A DNA stretch of 64,000 nucleotides from Candidatus Saccharimonadia bacterium (lineage in GTDB: Bacteria; Patescibacteriota; Saccharimonadia; CAILAD01; CAZGYV01): contig JAYRII010000014.1 in the NCBI GenBank assembly GCA_041906885.1, positions 10,059 through 74,058 on the forward strand, written 5' to 3'. Numbering within the stretch: position 1 is the stretch's first letter; every line of letters starts with the position of its first letter. Shown here in pieces: positions 20,221 through 31,377 of the stretch. Below the pieces are notes generated by a model. The model was not told the origin of the DNA. It searched no databases and worked only from the letters and a program-made list of their open reading frames with translations. The position numbers and the translations under genes are program-made.

Positions 20221-20585
20221 ACGATGTTCCTGGCGAGATCATACCGATCAATCGCAAGGTCATAGAAAGACTAGCCGAAGCCAAAGAAGTACTAGAGAGG
20301 CTCAAAGAAGATAATCAGTACCTCAGTGGATGGAAGCTACCTGATAGGTGCGACACGGCCCCAATCATCATCCTATACTTTGACGATGTGAAGGGCTTGG
20401 GTAATTATCCGGCCACGATTGCCGGATACCAAGTCGGGGTCAAGTTCAAAAATGGCTCCAAAAGACAACCGTTAGAAGCTGCCAAAAGAAACAAGCTCAA
20501 ATACGACCTCGATCATCCGCTTTTTTTCGACCGTAATCAATCGGTCCAAAAGAACGAACCAAAACCACCTGGTGGTGCTGCCTAG
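20199..20585 (+). CDS. hypothetical protein; overlaps the upstream gene by 22 nt
   Basis: 128 aa; no motif recognised. Confidence 0.4.
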   Translation: MERSTSMNDVPGEIIPINRKVIERLAEAKEVLERLKEDNQYLSGWKLPDRCDTAPIIILYFDDVKGLGNYPATIAGYQVGVKFKNGSKRQPLEAAKRNKLKYDLDHPLFFDRNQSVQKNEPKPPGGAA

Positions 20586-20704
20586 AAGAGACTATGCGGG
20601 AACTTGGACAATTATTGATCTAAGTTCCCGCCCTCCCCTAGAGGATGAAAATATCTTCACCTGCGGGAGGGCTGATACTAAGTCCTAGCACATTTTAATT
20701 CAAT

Positions 20705-20737
20705 AAAAAAGACCGCCTTGCTTCGGAGGTCTTTTTT
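20705..20737. terminator. bidirectional rho-independent terminator between convergent genes
   Basis: aaaaaa-GACCGCCttgcttcGGAGGTC-tttttt: stem-loop flanked by an A-run and a T-run. Confidence 0.6.
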
Positions 20738-20948
20738 GTATAATCTGTATCATCTTTAAAGTTAAACGGTCATAATTTATTTGCATGCAGTTCGAGCAAA
20801 AACCGAAGCTTAAGTAAATTTAAGGTGTATTTGTAGGAGCCGGAGTGCGAGGCACAAAGGAGAAACGGAATGAGTCGTACTTATATGGTACGGCGAATGA
20901 GTATCGCAATTTGCAACGAAGTAATCCGCCGTACAAATACGCCGAAAA

Positions 20949-22622
<1,674 letters not shown>

Positions 22623-22770
22623 CTATAGTTATAATTATTGGTTTAGCTAGGTAGTCTTGGCGTGATGAAGTTCAAGGAAAAACCGAGAATCAGAGTGCAG
22701 TTCACTGCTTGGTGAATGAAATGAGAATCGCAGGTTTTGATGCCGAAATTCACTCGCCCATGACTACCGA

Positions 22771-23031
22771 CTATTCAATTATCGCCAGAACATCCTCTTC
22801 TTTAGCAATCAGGACTTCTTTGCCATCCACCTTGATTTCAGTTGGGCCATATTTGCCATATAAAACTTTGTCGCCCACTTTGACCTCTTTTACATCCTTG
22901 CCGACAGCCAAAATCTTACCCTCGCTTGGCTTCTCTTTAGCACTATCAGGTAGAATTATACCCGACGCACTAACCTCTTCGGCCGCAACCTGTTCAATTA
23001 CAAGACGGTCGGCCAATGGTTGCAAATTCAT
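22771..23031 (-). CDS. groS: co-chaperonin GroES (Cpn10)
   Basis: MNLQPLADRLVI...SGIILPDSAKEKPSEGKILAVG, immediately upstream of groEL. Confidence 0.9.
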   Translation of the reverse strand: MNLQPLADRLVIEQVAAEEVSASGIILPDSAKEKPSEGKILAVGKDVKEVKVGDKVLYGKYGPTEIKVDGKEVLIAKEEDVLAIIE

Positions 23032-23103
23032 GCTCTTTTGCCTCCTTAAAAATTTAGTTCGTTATACACATAAATTACCCAAAAACTCATACTGCTTAAG
23101 TTT

Positions 23104-23130
23104 TTGGCACTCTGCACTAGCGAGTGCTAA
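23104..23130. promoter_or_regulatory. CIRCE element (HrcA operator) upstream of groES
   Basis: TTGGCACTC-tgcactagc-GAGTGCTAA matches the consensus TTAGCACTC-N9-GAGTGCTAA at 8/9 + 9/9. Confidence 0.8.
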
Positions 23131-23245
23131 TATCAGCTTATAAAAGACAACCGCCCTTGTCAAGATAAACTCTAAGCGCCCCTTGAGATATCAAGATAAA
23201 AAAAGTCAAAGATATGACAGCCAGCATCTTACTAGATAACCTGAC

Positions 23246-24133
23246 TTATATACGAGTATTCCGAAGCTCGTCGTGTTTTTGCCTAATCTGGCAGTATTTA
23301 GTGGCAATTTCAGCGCTTCTATCCAGGTTGTGGAGATTTATTATATCCGGCCGCACTCGAATAAATGCCTGATCGGTATGCGTCTTGGGTTGGCGCGAGG
23401 TGTGTTTGAGATGTACCCGATAGCCCCGATCATCAAGCCGATCGAGCAGGCGCAGGCCATTGGCGTAGACATGAATATCTGTACTCGGCCAGACATAGCT
23501 CGGTAGAGCCTCGAAGGCGTAGCGGTCTTTCTTGAGCAAACCGTACCAGATAGAAGCACCATATACTGGCTTAGCCATGACCAACCAATAGAGTAAATGA
23601 GGATCGTTTTGCTTCATGATGTCTTTTTGACTGTTGACCCCTGCTGTAGTCAAGAACATGCCCAGCCTAAACTTGCCAGCTGTTTTTGTGGCGGTTTCCA
23701 GCTGCCCCAGCAGGCGCAAGCCATACATCAGACTACCTTTGGCAATATAAGCTCGGTTGGGCTTAGTGATAATCAGTAGGTCAATATTGTTCGCCGAGTG
23801 AATGTTGCCAAAGCTAACACTATTCACTACCACGACCGATTTGACATAAGGTAAGAGTCGAAAAAGATAACTCCAGCGCTTGGCTTTGGCTAGCAGCTTG
23901 GCCTGACGCTTAAGCTGTTCATCACGACTAAGATATTTAATACCCTTTAAGCCTAAGTAATCACCGATGATGTGTATCTTCCCCCTCTTGATGAGGTCTT
24001 TTATCTCGTCTCGGATGGCTAAATGGCTGGTCTTGACGGGTAATAACTGATTTATTTCAGCTTCAGCTAAGGGAAGGCGGAAAACCGCAAAGTAGGCCAA
24101 GAGATCTAAAACTGAACCAGCCAAGTCGGTCAT
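23246..24133 (-). CDS. hypothetical protein; possible minimal nucleotidyltransferase fold
   Basis: SFGNIHSANNIDLLII loosely resembles the hG[GS]x9-13Dh[DE]h polymerase-beta NTase motif. Weak. Confidence 0.35.
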   Translation of the reverse strand: MTDLAGSVLDLLAYFAVFRLPLAEAEINQLLPVKTSHLAIRDEIKDLIKRGKIHIIGDYLGLKGIKYLSRDEQLKRQAKLLAKAKRWSYLFRLLPYVKSVVVVNSVSFGNIHSANNIDLLIITKPNRAYIAKGSLMYGLRLLGQLETATKTAGKFRLGMFLTTAGVNSQKDIMKQNDPHLLYWLVMAKPVYGASIWYGLLKKDRYAFEALPSYVWPSTDIHVYANGLRLLDRLDDRGYRVHLKHTSRQPKTHTDQAFIRVRPDIINLHNLDRSAEIATKYCQIRQKHDELRNTRI

Positions 24134-24135
24134 GT

Positions 24136-25479
24136 CTAAGCCCTAATCAGCTCTAATAGTTCAGTCGTTTTTTCCTTGGTCAGCGCCTCATTCTTGCTTT
24201 CGACATTGAGACGTAGATACGGCTCGGTGTTGCTGGGGCGAAGATTAAACCACCAGCTTGCGTAGCGTACCGTCAAGCCATCGAGCTCATCCTGGTGGCT
24301 ATCTGAGTAGTGGTTTTTAATTTTTTGCAAAATCGCACTTTTGTCTGAAGATTCGATATTGATCTCATCTGAGCCTACGTAGCGCTTGAAAGGAGCCATC
24401 ACAGCAGACAATTTCTTACCAGAGGTGCTCAAGATCGCAATAGCCTTCAAGGCGGCAATCAGGCCGCTATCGGCACAGAAATTATCCTTAAAGTAAAAAT
24501 GTCCAGAGTGCTCAACTGCTAGTAGCGCGCTGGTTTCGTGCATTTTAGCCTTGATAAATGAGTGCCCAACCCGCGTCCGAATCGCCTTACCACCCAAGGT
24601 ATGAATGACATCTGGGACAACATCGGAAGTAATGGCATTGTATAGAATAGTGGCGCCGGGATTATCCTCCAAAACCACCCAAGCTAAGAGCGCGCCCAGC
24701 TGGCTAGCCGGAACCGGCTCACCCTTTTCGTCGACCAAGAAGGCCCGGTCACCGTCACCATCGAAGGCTACTCCCAGATCGAGCTTTTTATCATTCACGA
24801 GTCCGGTAAGATCCAGCAAGTTTTTGCTAATCATCGGATTGGCCGGATGATTCGGAAATGTGCCGTTTAGCTCAGTAAAGAGCGGCTCGATCTCAAGTGG
24901 AGTTTTGCTTTTGAGCTGCGGCAGGTCAATCGCCGCCATACCATTACCGAAGTCCATGCCAACTTTAAGTTTTCTAATATCTCCAGCCAGGCCAAGGGCA
25001 TGTTCAACCCACTCACTGGTGATGTCTTTTTTGATTATCCTGCCACCAGGCTGAGCCGACTGATAATTATCATCTTTGATCGACTGCTTAATCTGATCCA
25101 GACCGGTGTCTTGGCCGACTGGCAAAACACCCTTAGCCGTCAGCTTGATGCCATTGTAGCGGCCAGGGTTATGACTGGCTGTTATCATTGCGCCGCCGGC
25201 CAGATCATATTTGCCGACCGCGAAATAGACCATGTCGCTCGACACCAGGCCAATATCCAAGACGGGCCGACCCTGCTGGATGAGCCCAGCTTTAAGCGCC
25301 TCAGCCAGCTCAGCCGAATCTGGCCTCATGTCACGCCCGACCGCCACCTGGCCCTCTAGCAAGAAGTCAGCCAGAGCTCGCCCGACACCATGTGCCACCT
25401 CAGCTGTCAGCTCATCACCCGACACCCCACGGATGTCATAGGCTTTAAAGATACTCTCTGCAAATTTCATACTTTTCAT
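24136..25479 (-). CDS. phosphoglucomutase/phosphomannomutase (alpha-D-phosphohexomutase)
   Basis: Active-site loop TASHNPGRYNGIK, metal-binding DGDGDR, sugar-binding GHSF...E.SGH. Confidence 0.8.
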   Translation of the reverse strand: MKSMKFAESIFKAYDIRGVSGDELTAEVAHGVGRALADFLLEGQVAVGRDMRPDSAELAEALKAGLIQQGRPVLDIGLVSSDMVYFAVGKYDLAGGAMITASHNPGRYNGIKLTAKGVLPVGQDTGLDQIKQSIKDDNYQSAQPGGRIIKKDITSEWVEHALGLAGDIRKLKVGMDFGNGMAAIDLPQLKSKTPLEIEPLFTELNGTFPNHPANPMISKNLLDLTGLVNDKKLDLGVAFDGDGDRAFLVDEKGEPVPASQLGALLAWVVLEDNPGATILYNAITSDVVPDVIHTLGGKAIRTRVGHSFIKAKMHETSALLAVEHSGHFYFKDNFCADSGLIAALKAIAILSTSGKKLSAVMAPFKRYVGSDEINIESSDKSAILQKIKNHYSDSHQDELDGLTVRYASWWFNLRPSNTEPYLRLNVESKNEALTKEKTTELLELIRA

Positions 25480-25513
25480 TGTAGCAGACGCACTGGTGCC
25501 TCAAGCCAGCAGA

Positions 25514-25834
25514 CTAGCTAAACATCTCAACAAGAACTTGCCTGATACTTCTCTGCGTTGTCGCAGAGACCATCCCGAGACAGCGCGTCAGGCGAGACCC
25601 ATCAAGCGTTCGGATCTGGTCTAGTACCACTTGGCCAAGCTTGCCATCAAACTGACAATCAACTCTGGTGGGATACTTTCGGCGCTTAGTCGTCAGTGGC
25701 GTCACGATCACGGTTGTGACATGGCGGTTCATCTCATCCGGAGATATCACCACACACGGACGTGCCTTGTGCATCTCACTGCCCACCATCTCACCCAAGT
25801 CAACCAAATAAACCTCAAATTGCTTGATTACCAT
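25514..25834 (-). CDS. mazF: type II toxin MazF/PemK-family endoribonuclease
   Basis: VYLVDLGEMVGSEMHKARPCVVISPDEMNRHVTTVIVTPLT is the PemK/MazF fold signature. Confidence 0.7.
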   Translation of the reverse strand: MVIKQFEVYLVDLGEMVGSEMHKARPCVVISPDEMNRHVTTVIVTPLTTKRRKYPTRVDCQFDGKLGQVVLDQIRTLDGSRLTRCLGMVSATTQRSIRQVLVEMFS

Positions 25835-26082
25835 TGCCAGTCGGTTTCATCCCACTCTGTCGAGACATCATCCTGCAAGACTGGTCGATCATCATTCGCT
25901 CGAGCCATCCGGCTAAAAGCCTCGTCCCAGCCATTGCGCAGTAATTTAGGAGCCCCAATAATAATTTTGCCCTGACGCGCTTCGATCGTTACTTCACCAG
26001 TCAGTCCACTCTCTTCGAGCATGGCTTTCGGTATGCGAACGCCCATCGAGTTGCCATATTTGGTCAGTTTAGTAATCTTCAT
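25828..26082 (-). CDS. mazE: antitoxin MazE/AbrB (SpoVT-AbrB domain)
   Basis: KLTKYGNSMGVRIPKAMLEESGL swapped-hairpin motif; 7-nt overlap with mazF. Confidence 0.65.
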   Translation of the reverse strand: MKITKLTKYGNSMGVRIPKAMLEESGLTGEVTIEARQGKIIIGAPKLLRNGWDEAFSRMARANDDRPVLQDDVSTEWDETDWQW

Positions 26083-26143
26083 GACCTAATTATACCTTAG
26101 ATGTATATACATTGTTAACACATTTGCAAGTCAGCCGAGTATT

Positions 26144-27211
26144 TTACCAAAACAGATTCTTATTTACCCGTGCGTAAATACGGCTGTAAATACCCTCATA
26201 TTTGTCCCACTGCTTGGCGCGATAGCTCAAAGGCAAGTCATAGCAGCCGACAAACTCGGTCACTTCTTCCGAAAACATACGCTTGAAGCTGTACAGCCCA
26301 GCCTGATGGTGTTGCGGGTTATCGAGCTGGCTTTTGGGCGGCACCGCTACCATATCGTACTCAGTCGCACCACGGCTCTTGGCCCAGCGGATCGCCTCCC
26401 ACTGCAACAGGTACGGTGCCATCAGGTTACGCTTAATCGGAAAGCTACCGCCATCCTTGTAGTAGCCGCGGGTGCCAAAAACGGTCGCGTAGACGCCAGC
26501 CAACACCTCCCCCTCGTGGCGAGCGACGAAGAATTGGGCCATATTCGCCTGCCAAAGCTGCTGCCAATAGTCAGCAAAGTATTCGCGCTTACGCAAAAAA
26601 AATCCAGCCCGATCCTGGGTCGCCTCCATTAGCCGGTACATCAGATCAACACCACCCTCATCCATCGGCAATCGCTCGATCGTGACAGCCTTCTTCTCAG
26701 CTAGGCGAATATTGTAGCGCGTCTTCTGCTTGAAGCCGGCTAGCAGCTCCTCCTCGGGCGCACCAATATCGACAATTATGGTGGCCTTAAATTGCAAATC
26801 ACCCTTGGCCTTATGATAGCCGAATTTCTTAAGATCAATCTCCCCCTCCTCGACTTCCGGCTCAATCTTGAGAAGAACAGCCGTCTTGTCGTGGGTGGGC
26901 AAAAATTCTACGACCTCTTTAGTGAAGGTCTGCTGCATGGCCACCGACTTTTTGTCTGACTTAGCCTTAGCAAACAGGCCTGGGCCCTTCGGGCAATAAT
27001 AAATCGTGCCCAGCGCTGGTACCGCTTTGCCAATTAAGTGGACAGCAATCTTAGCACCATCGTGCTCAAAAATTAGTCGCAGTGGTCGCCAGCCCCATTG
27101 ACTCTTGAACTGTCCCCACTGGTGAGATTGATATATATGGCCACCATCGGGATTCGCCAGCACCAGGTCGTCCCACTCGCTAGTCTCCTCATTGCTGGCC
27201 AATCTTAACAT
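26144..27211 (-). CDS. FemAB-family peptidyl/aminoacyl transferase (peptidoglycan interpeptide bridge formation)
   Basis: Length and motifs (KTRYNIRLAEKKAVTIE; coiled-coil middle; C-terminal GNAT-like half) typical of FemX/FemAB. Confidence 0.65.
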   Translation of the reverse strand: MLRLASNEETSEWDDLVLANPDGGHIYQSHQWGQFKSQWGWRPLRLIFEHDGAKIAVHLIGKAVPALGTIYYCPKGPGLFAKAKSDKKSVAMQQTFTKEVVEFLPTHDKTAVLLKIEPEVEEGEIDLKKFGYHKAKGDLQFKATIIVDIGAPEEELLAGFKQKTRYNIRLAEKKAVTIERLPMDEGGVDLMYRLMEATQDRAGFFLRKREYFADYWQQLWQANMAQFFVARHEGEVLAGVYATVFGTRGYYKDGGSFPIKRNLMAPYLLQWEAIRWAKSRGATEYDMVAVPPKSQLDNPQHHQAGLYSFKRMFSEEVTEFVGCYDLPLSYRAKQWDKYEGIYSRIYARVNKNLFW

Positions 27212-27408
27212 CGACTGCTTCCTGATAAAATCGACGTTTGCACTTGAGCACAGTACAAGGTACGAGCAAGAATCAGATCGAGATGTATATTAAAGACATC
27301 GAGAGAGAATCGCAGCTGGCAACGCTGTAATATACCAAGAGCAAGCGCGACTGGTACAGTTCTGTCGGACAGCAGGTGCTTGCGATGCGAGTATCGATCG
27401 AGCATGCC

Positions 27409-28416
27409 CTAGTCCATCCGCCTAAGCTTACGGTAGGCACTGTAAGTTTTGTACTTGACTTTGTTTATCGGTATATCCCAAGTACCAATCAAGGTCACTC
27501 GCTTAGCCCCAAAAGCTAGCTTAAAAGTCGTGATACCGGCCCAGGCGTGGGATGCGTCGTCAGTTGGTGCAACCCCCCAGAAGTCAAATTTAGCTTTGCC
27601 TTCCATTTTAGCATCGATAATCGCCTTCCACACTAAAGATACGGAAGCTTTTACCTGACGGTTGAGCTCTTGATATGCACCAGCATGGGCATAATACCTA
27701 GTGCCATCAAAATCATAGAATATCGCTGCACTAACCAGAGCTCCTTCAACTCGAGCTATATAGAACTTCACGGCGTTAAATCGAGACATAACATCAAGCA
27801 TTCGAATATAATAGTCGTCTTCATAAAAGTTAACTCTAGCTCGCTCGGCTGTATCACGCAGCATCTTTAAAAATTCTCGTATAGCTTGGGGCGACATAGT
27901 TTGTTCGATAACAATACCGCGCCGTGTTGTGCCATTGATCAAGTTGCGATGCCCCGACGACAAACCACTTTTAAGCTCTTCCTCGGATTTAGTCAGATCA
28001 AGCAGCGCCGTACAAGCCGGCTCCACCTCGCTGATCAGGTGGCCACCGAATCTCTTGACCATCTCAGCGGTAACAGCTCCGATTGGCTCGAGCCGGACAA
28101 AGTCCATCCCTCGCTCTCTAGCGGCCATCAGAATGCTCTCAATAGCTTCTGGAGCGTTTTTCTGCACAACTGGACCATAAGGACTAAATAAATAACGAAT
28201 GCCCTTAGAACGCCTCTCAAAGGCTTGCCAAGCCCACCCATCACCACTTCTCCTGGTGTAGGGACGACCAACCGCCTGCTGAAACTCTGCCCACCCAGCC
28301 GATTGCAATACGCCACCGTCGAGCGCACTAATATGTTTATCCCAGTCCAGATCTGTGCTTGAGTTATTCATTTGCTCTAATTCTAGCAAGCATTCGCTAA
28401 TTGATACAGCCGTCAT
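27409..28416 (-). CDS. FemAB-family transferase, second paralog
   Basis: Same two-GNAT-lobe architecture (RRGIVIEQ; YYAHAGAYQE). Confidence 0.6.
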   Translation of the reverse strand: MTAVSISECLLELEQMNNSSTDLDWDKHISALDGGVLQSAGWAEFQQAVGRPYTRRSGDGWAWQAFERRSKGIRYLFSPYGPVVQKNAPEAIESILMAARERGMDFVRLEPIGAVTAEMVKRFGGHLISEVEPACTALLDLTKSEEELKSGLSSGHRNLINGTTRRGIVIEQTMSPQAIREFLKMLRDTAERARVNFYEDDYYIRMLDVMSRFNAVKFYIARVEGALVSAAIFYDFDGTRYYAHAGAYQELNRQVKASVSLVWKAIIDAKMEGKAKFDFWGVAPTDDASHAWAGITTFKLAFGAKRVTLIGTWDIPINKVKYKTYSAYRKLRRMD

Positions 28417-28468
28417 CTAATAAGTGCACGGTTTGCATTTTTGCTATTCCAAAGCTAGAGTAGGTGTC

Positions 28469-29803
28469 ATGAAAATTATTGCTATTGAATCGAGTTGTGA
28501 TGAAACGGCTGCGGCTGTGGTCGAAGATGGTCAGAGGATTTTAAGTAATGTAATTAGCTCGCAGGTTGATATTCACGCTCGATATGGTGGCGTCGTGCCC
28601 GAAGTGGCCGCCCGCAGCCACATCGAGGTGATTATTCCTGTCATCGAGCAGGCTTTGCGTGAATCAGACTGCAAATGGAACGATATCGACGTCATTGCTG
28701 TCACTCGCGGACCGGGACTAATTGGTTCGCTCCTGATCGGCAGCCTGACAGCTCGTGTCCTGACCGATACTCTCGGCAAGCCGCTCGTGGGTGTGAATCA
28801 TATCGTGGCTCACGCTTTTGCCAGCTTTTTGGAAACGTCAAGTAGCGATAAAAATAGCTCGCCTGAGGCAAAGCCGATTTTCGCGAAGTCGGATGCAATA
28901 CCAGGAAGCAACGAGGCTCGCAGCGAATCGTACCATGCCGTACGAGAAGCGAGAAGCGAGGCAGCTGACGCCGTAGTGCGCCGTCTGCTTGATGACCACA
29001 AGCCGACAGCAAACCAGCCAAGGATGGCTAGCTTGAGTTCAGATCAAGGAAGTAGTGAAGCGCGCCGCGAGGTGTACGAATCTGTACAGCGAGCCAGCAC
29101 TGGAGCGACTGACGCCGAGACGAACCAAGATAGCCGGCCGTCACAGCCAGAATTTCCGATGTTGGCACTTACAGTTTCCGGCGGCCACACCGCCTTGACG
29201 TTATACCAAGACGATTTGAGCTTCGAGGTGCTGGGCGAAACACTCGATGACGCGGCCGGCGAAGCCTTTGATAAAGTCTCCAAATTACTTGGCCTCCCCT
29301 ATCCGGGCGGTCCGGCTATCTCGAAAGCCGCCGAAAAGGGCGATCCGAAGGCCTATAAATTCCCCGTTGCCAAGCTTGGTCGCCAGTCGCTTGATTTTAG
29401 CTTTTCAGGCCTCAAAACGGCTGTACTGCGCCAGGTTCAACAGATTGCTGGCGTTAATCCGGGCGATATTAGCCACCAAAAAACCTACCAGCTTGATGAT
29501 AAAACCGTGGCTGATATTGCTGCCTCATTTGAGCACAACGTCGTTTCTACTCTAATTCAAAAAACCGAGCTGGCTCGGGAGAAATATCAACCGGCTAGTG
29601 TGGTGGTTGGTGGTGGGGTGGCCGCCAATAAACATTTGCGCACAAAAATGCTCGAGGCTGTGCCTGAAGCTATTTTCGTGCCACCGGTGCTTTGTACGGA
29701 CAATGCCGCTATGATCGGAGCGCTGGCCTACCAAATGTGGCGAAAAAAGCTGGTTACAAAACCAGAAGCATTGATCGCTGACTCCAGCCTGGAAGTTTTA
29801 TAA
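28469..29803 (+). CDS. tsaD: tRNA N6-adenosine threonylcarbamoyltransferase TsaD (Kae1/Gcp family) with a ~105-aa low-complexity insertion
   Basis: MKIIAIESSCDETAAAV...HARYGGVVPEVAARSHIE...GVNHIVAH [insert] PEFPMLALTVSGGHT...LGETLDDAAGEAFDKVSKLLGLPYPGG...CTDNAAMI. The insert replaces a ~10-aa loop in E. coli TsaD. Confidence 0.8.
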   Translation: MKIIAIESSCDETAAAVVEDGQRILSNVISSQVDIHARYGGVVPEVAARSHIEVIIPVIEQALRESDCKWNDIDVIAVTRGPGLIGSLLIGSLTARVLTDTLGKPLVGVNHIVAHAFASFLETSSSDKNSSPEAKPIFAKSDAIPGSNEARSESYHAVREARSEAADAVVRRLLDDHKPTANQPRMASLSSDQGSSEARREVYESVQRASTGATDAETNQDSRPSQPEFPMLALTVSGGHTALTLYQDDLSFEVLGETLDDAAGEAFDKVSKLLGLPYPGGPAISKAAEKGDPKAYKFPVAKLGRQSLDFSFSGLKTAVLRQVQQIAGVNPGDISHQKTYQLDDKTVADIAASFEHNVVSTLIQKTELAREKYQPASVVVGGGVAANKHLRTKMLEAVPEAIFVPPVLCTDNAAMIGALAYQMWRKKLVTKPEALIADSSLEVL

Positions 29804-29837
29804 ATTCTCATCTCTTACCTTATAAATGCAAGCCATA

Positions 29838-30338
29838 TTAGGCCTCTTCTGTCTCTTCTTTTCTGACGAGTCTTATCTCGAAACTAAATGCTCGGTCGCC
29901 CGATATGCCAGGCTGTTCTTGTCTATAAATATTATATTTGCGGTCAATTTCAACTCGAAAGCCCAGATTACTATCAAAAGCTAATGGAGATTTTTCTCTC
30001 GCTGCCTCATAGGCATTTCTGCCATCGACCATAAGCCTCCCGTTTTCAAAGCTGTACTCCCCATCTAATCCCCCAGCAGTAGCAGTGAGTCTATACTGGC
30101 GGCCTGGACCTGGAATTGGCTCTAAAATATTAGTTAGTAATTTCATTGACTCAGCCGGGAAAGTAATACCCAGCGTTTTAGTTGTAGCATTGATCATGTC
30201 GGCGGTATCTTCCACCTTGTCAAACGGTCGGAAATTGCGAGTTTTGCCATCGGCCGCCTTATAGTCCACCGCTATGCCTGCTAGTTTATTAATATCATCA
30301 CTGGACAGCGCCACCACCTCTTTGTCGTCACCATGCAT
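29838..30338 (-). CDS. hypothetical protein
   Basis: Likely start is the ATG at 30338 (MHGDDKEVV), overlapping the upstream gene stop (ATGcatggTGA). Confidence 0.4.
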   Translation of the reverse strand: MHGDDKEVVALSSDDINKLAGIAVDYKAADGKTRNFRPFDKVEDTADMINATTKTLGITFPAESMKLLTNILEPIPGPGRQYRLTATAGGLDGEYSFENGRLMVDGRNAYEAAREKSPLAFDSNLGFRVEIDRKYNIYRQEQPGISGDRAFSFEIRLVRKEETEEA

Positions 30339-30723
30339 AAAATCGACTAACCCGCAGCAAGACTTGCTTAATAGTCGATTCTTTGGCCTCGAAAAGGCTC
30401 TCCAGACCATTCTCGATAGCCTGCTCCCGGATATTTTTATCAGCTTCCAGATCGGCCAGAGCTTCTGCTATACCCGGTACGTCAGCCTTTCTGGCGTTCT
30501 CGATCAAAGCATCATAAAAGCCGAGAGCCTCAGACTTGGCCTGGGCCTTACGATCGGCCTTTCTGTCTGTGGCTGGCTGCTCTGACGTCTCAGTGGCAGC
30601 TTGATCCGCCTCAAGCGCACTTGAAGTATCTTGATCGCGCTCTAGGTCTGCATGATTATCTGAGGAGTCAAGAGGCGACGCGAACTCCTCAGGGCTTGGT
30701 TGTGAATGAATATTTTCTGGCAT
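30328..30723 (-). CDS. acidic, low-complexity hypothetical protein
   Basis: 131 aa, D/E/A-rich, predicted disordered. Confidence 0.35.
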   Translation of the reverse strand: MPENIHSQPSPEEFASPLDSSDNHADLERDQDTSSALEADQAATETSEQPATDRKADRKAQAKSEALGFYDALIENARKADVPGIAEALADLEADKNIREQAIENGLESLFEAKESTIKQVLLRVSRFYAW

Positions 30724-30886
30724 TTTGTATATCTCTTATGATTGCATTTTAAGTGTTTTTTTTTGCAAATCAATGCTTATTTTTAGTATAAATAGCAGCG
30801 ACCCGCCCTCGAGTGAGGACGGGCCTAGATGTGAAAGCAAAAAGTTTTTTATTTCTCTTTGCTTTTTGGTTTTTTGGCTGAGAGCT

Positions 30887-31231
30887 CTAGGGCGTCAGCC
30901 TTGAGATTTGGTATCGCTGAGCGCGATTGATTTCGCGCGTGATCTCGTCGATGCCGAAGGAGTATCTGTCCCCTTGGGCCAGAGCGACGAAATCGCCGCC
31001 GTACTGCTCGTCGAGACGCTGAAAGTACTCGAACGAGTGAGCCTTCAGCACCGGAAAAGTTCCGTGTAGTCTGTCCAGCATCCCTCTGGTGTTTTCAGCC
31101 ATCTCGCTTTCCGGCCGAGAGCTGATCAGCACTACGCTGGTCTTGTCACAGATCAGTGCTCGGAAACAGTCGATTGCCACCTTGATTGGCGGACTAGCTG
31201 GGTGATCCAGCCACTCGAGCGTCCCTACCAT
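30887..31231 (-). CDS. hypothetical protein
   Basis: 114 aa ORF; GC-rich; no motif. Confidence 0.3.
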   Translation of the reverse strand: MVGTLEWLDHPASPPIKVAIDCFRALICDKTSVVLISSRPESEMAENTRGMLDRLHGTFPVLKAHSFEYFQRLDEQYGGDFVALAQGDRYSFGIDEITREINRAQRYQISRLTP

Positions 31232-31377
31232 GCTATCCCCTTTGATTGCTTGGTTGCTGCACCGAGCATTCTACCACCGCCGCCTATAGAAGTAAATACC
31301 TCTTATCCTAGTAATTTAACTATATTTTTAGTACGCTTTTAGGTAGAAATTATAATTTTAGTTATGTAAGTTAATAA

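Noticed and set aside
22709-23143. 144-aa + ORF overlapping groES
   Set aside because: Antisense to groES and the CIRCE promoter region.
28840-29160. Intein in tsaD
   Set aside because: The insert lacks intein block motifs (no N-terminal Cys/Ser plus C-terminal HN followed by Cys/Ser/Thr) and is low-complexity; more likely a loop expansion.
29838-30723. Single frameshifted gene spanning ORFs 29838-30410 and 30328-30723
   Set aside because: The junction reads ATGcatggTGA, i.e. a normal start overlapping the upstream stop; two short overlapping genes is the simpler reading.
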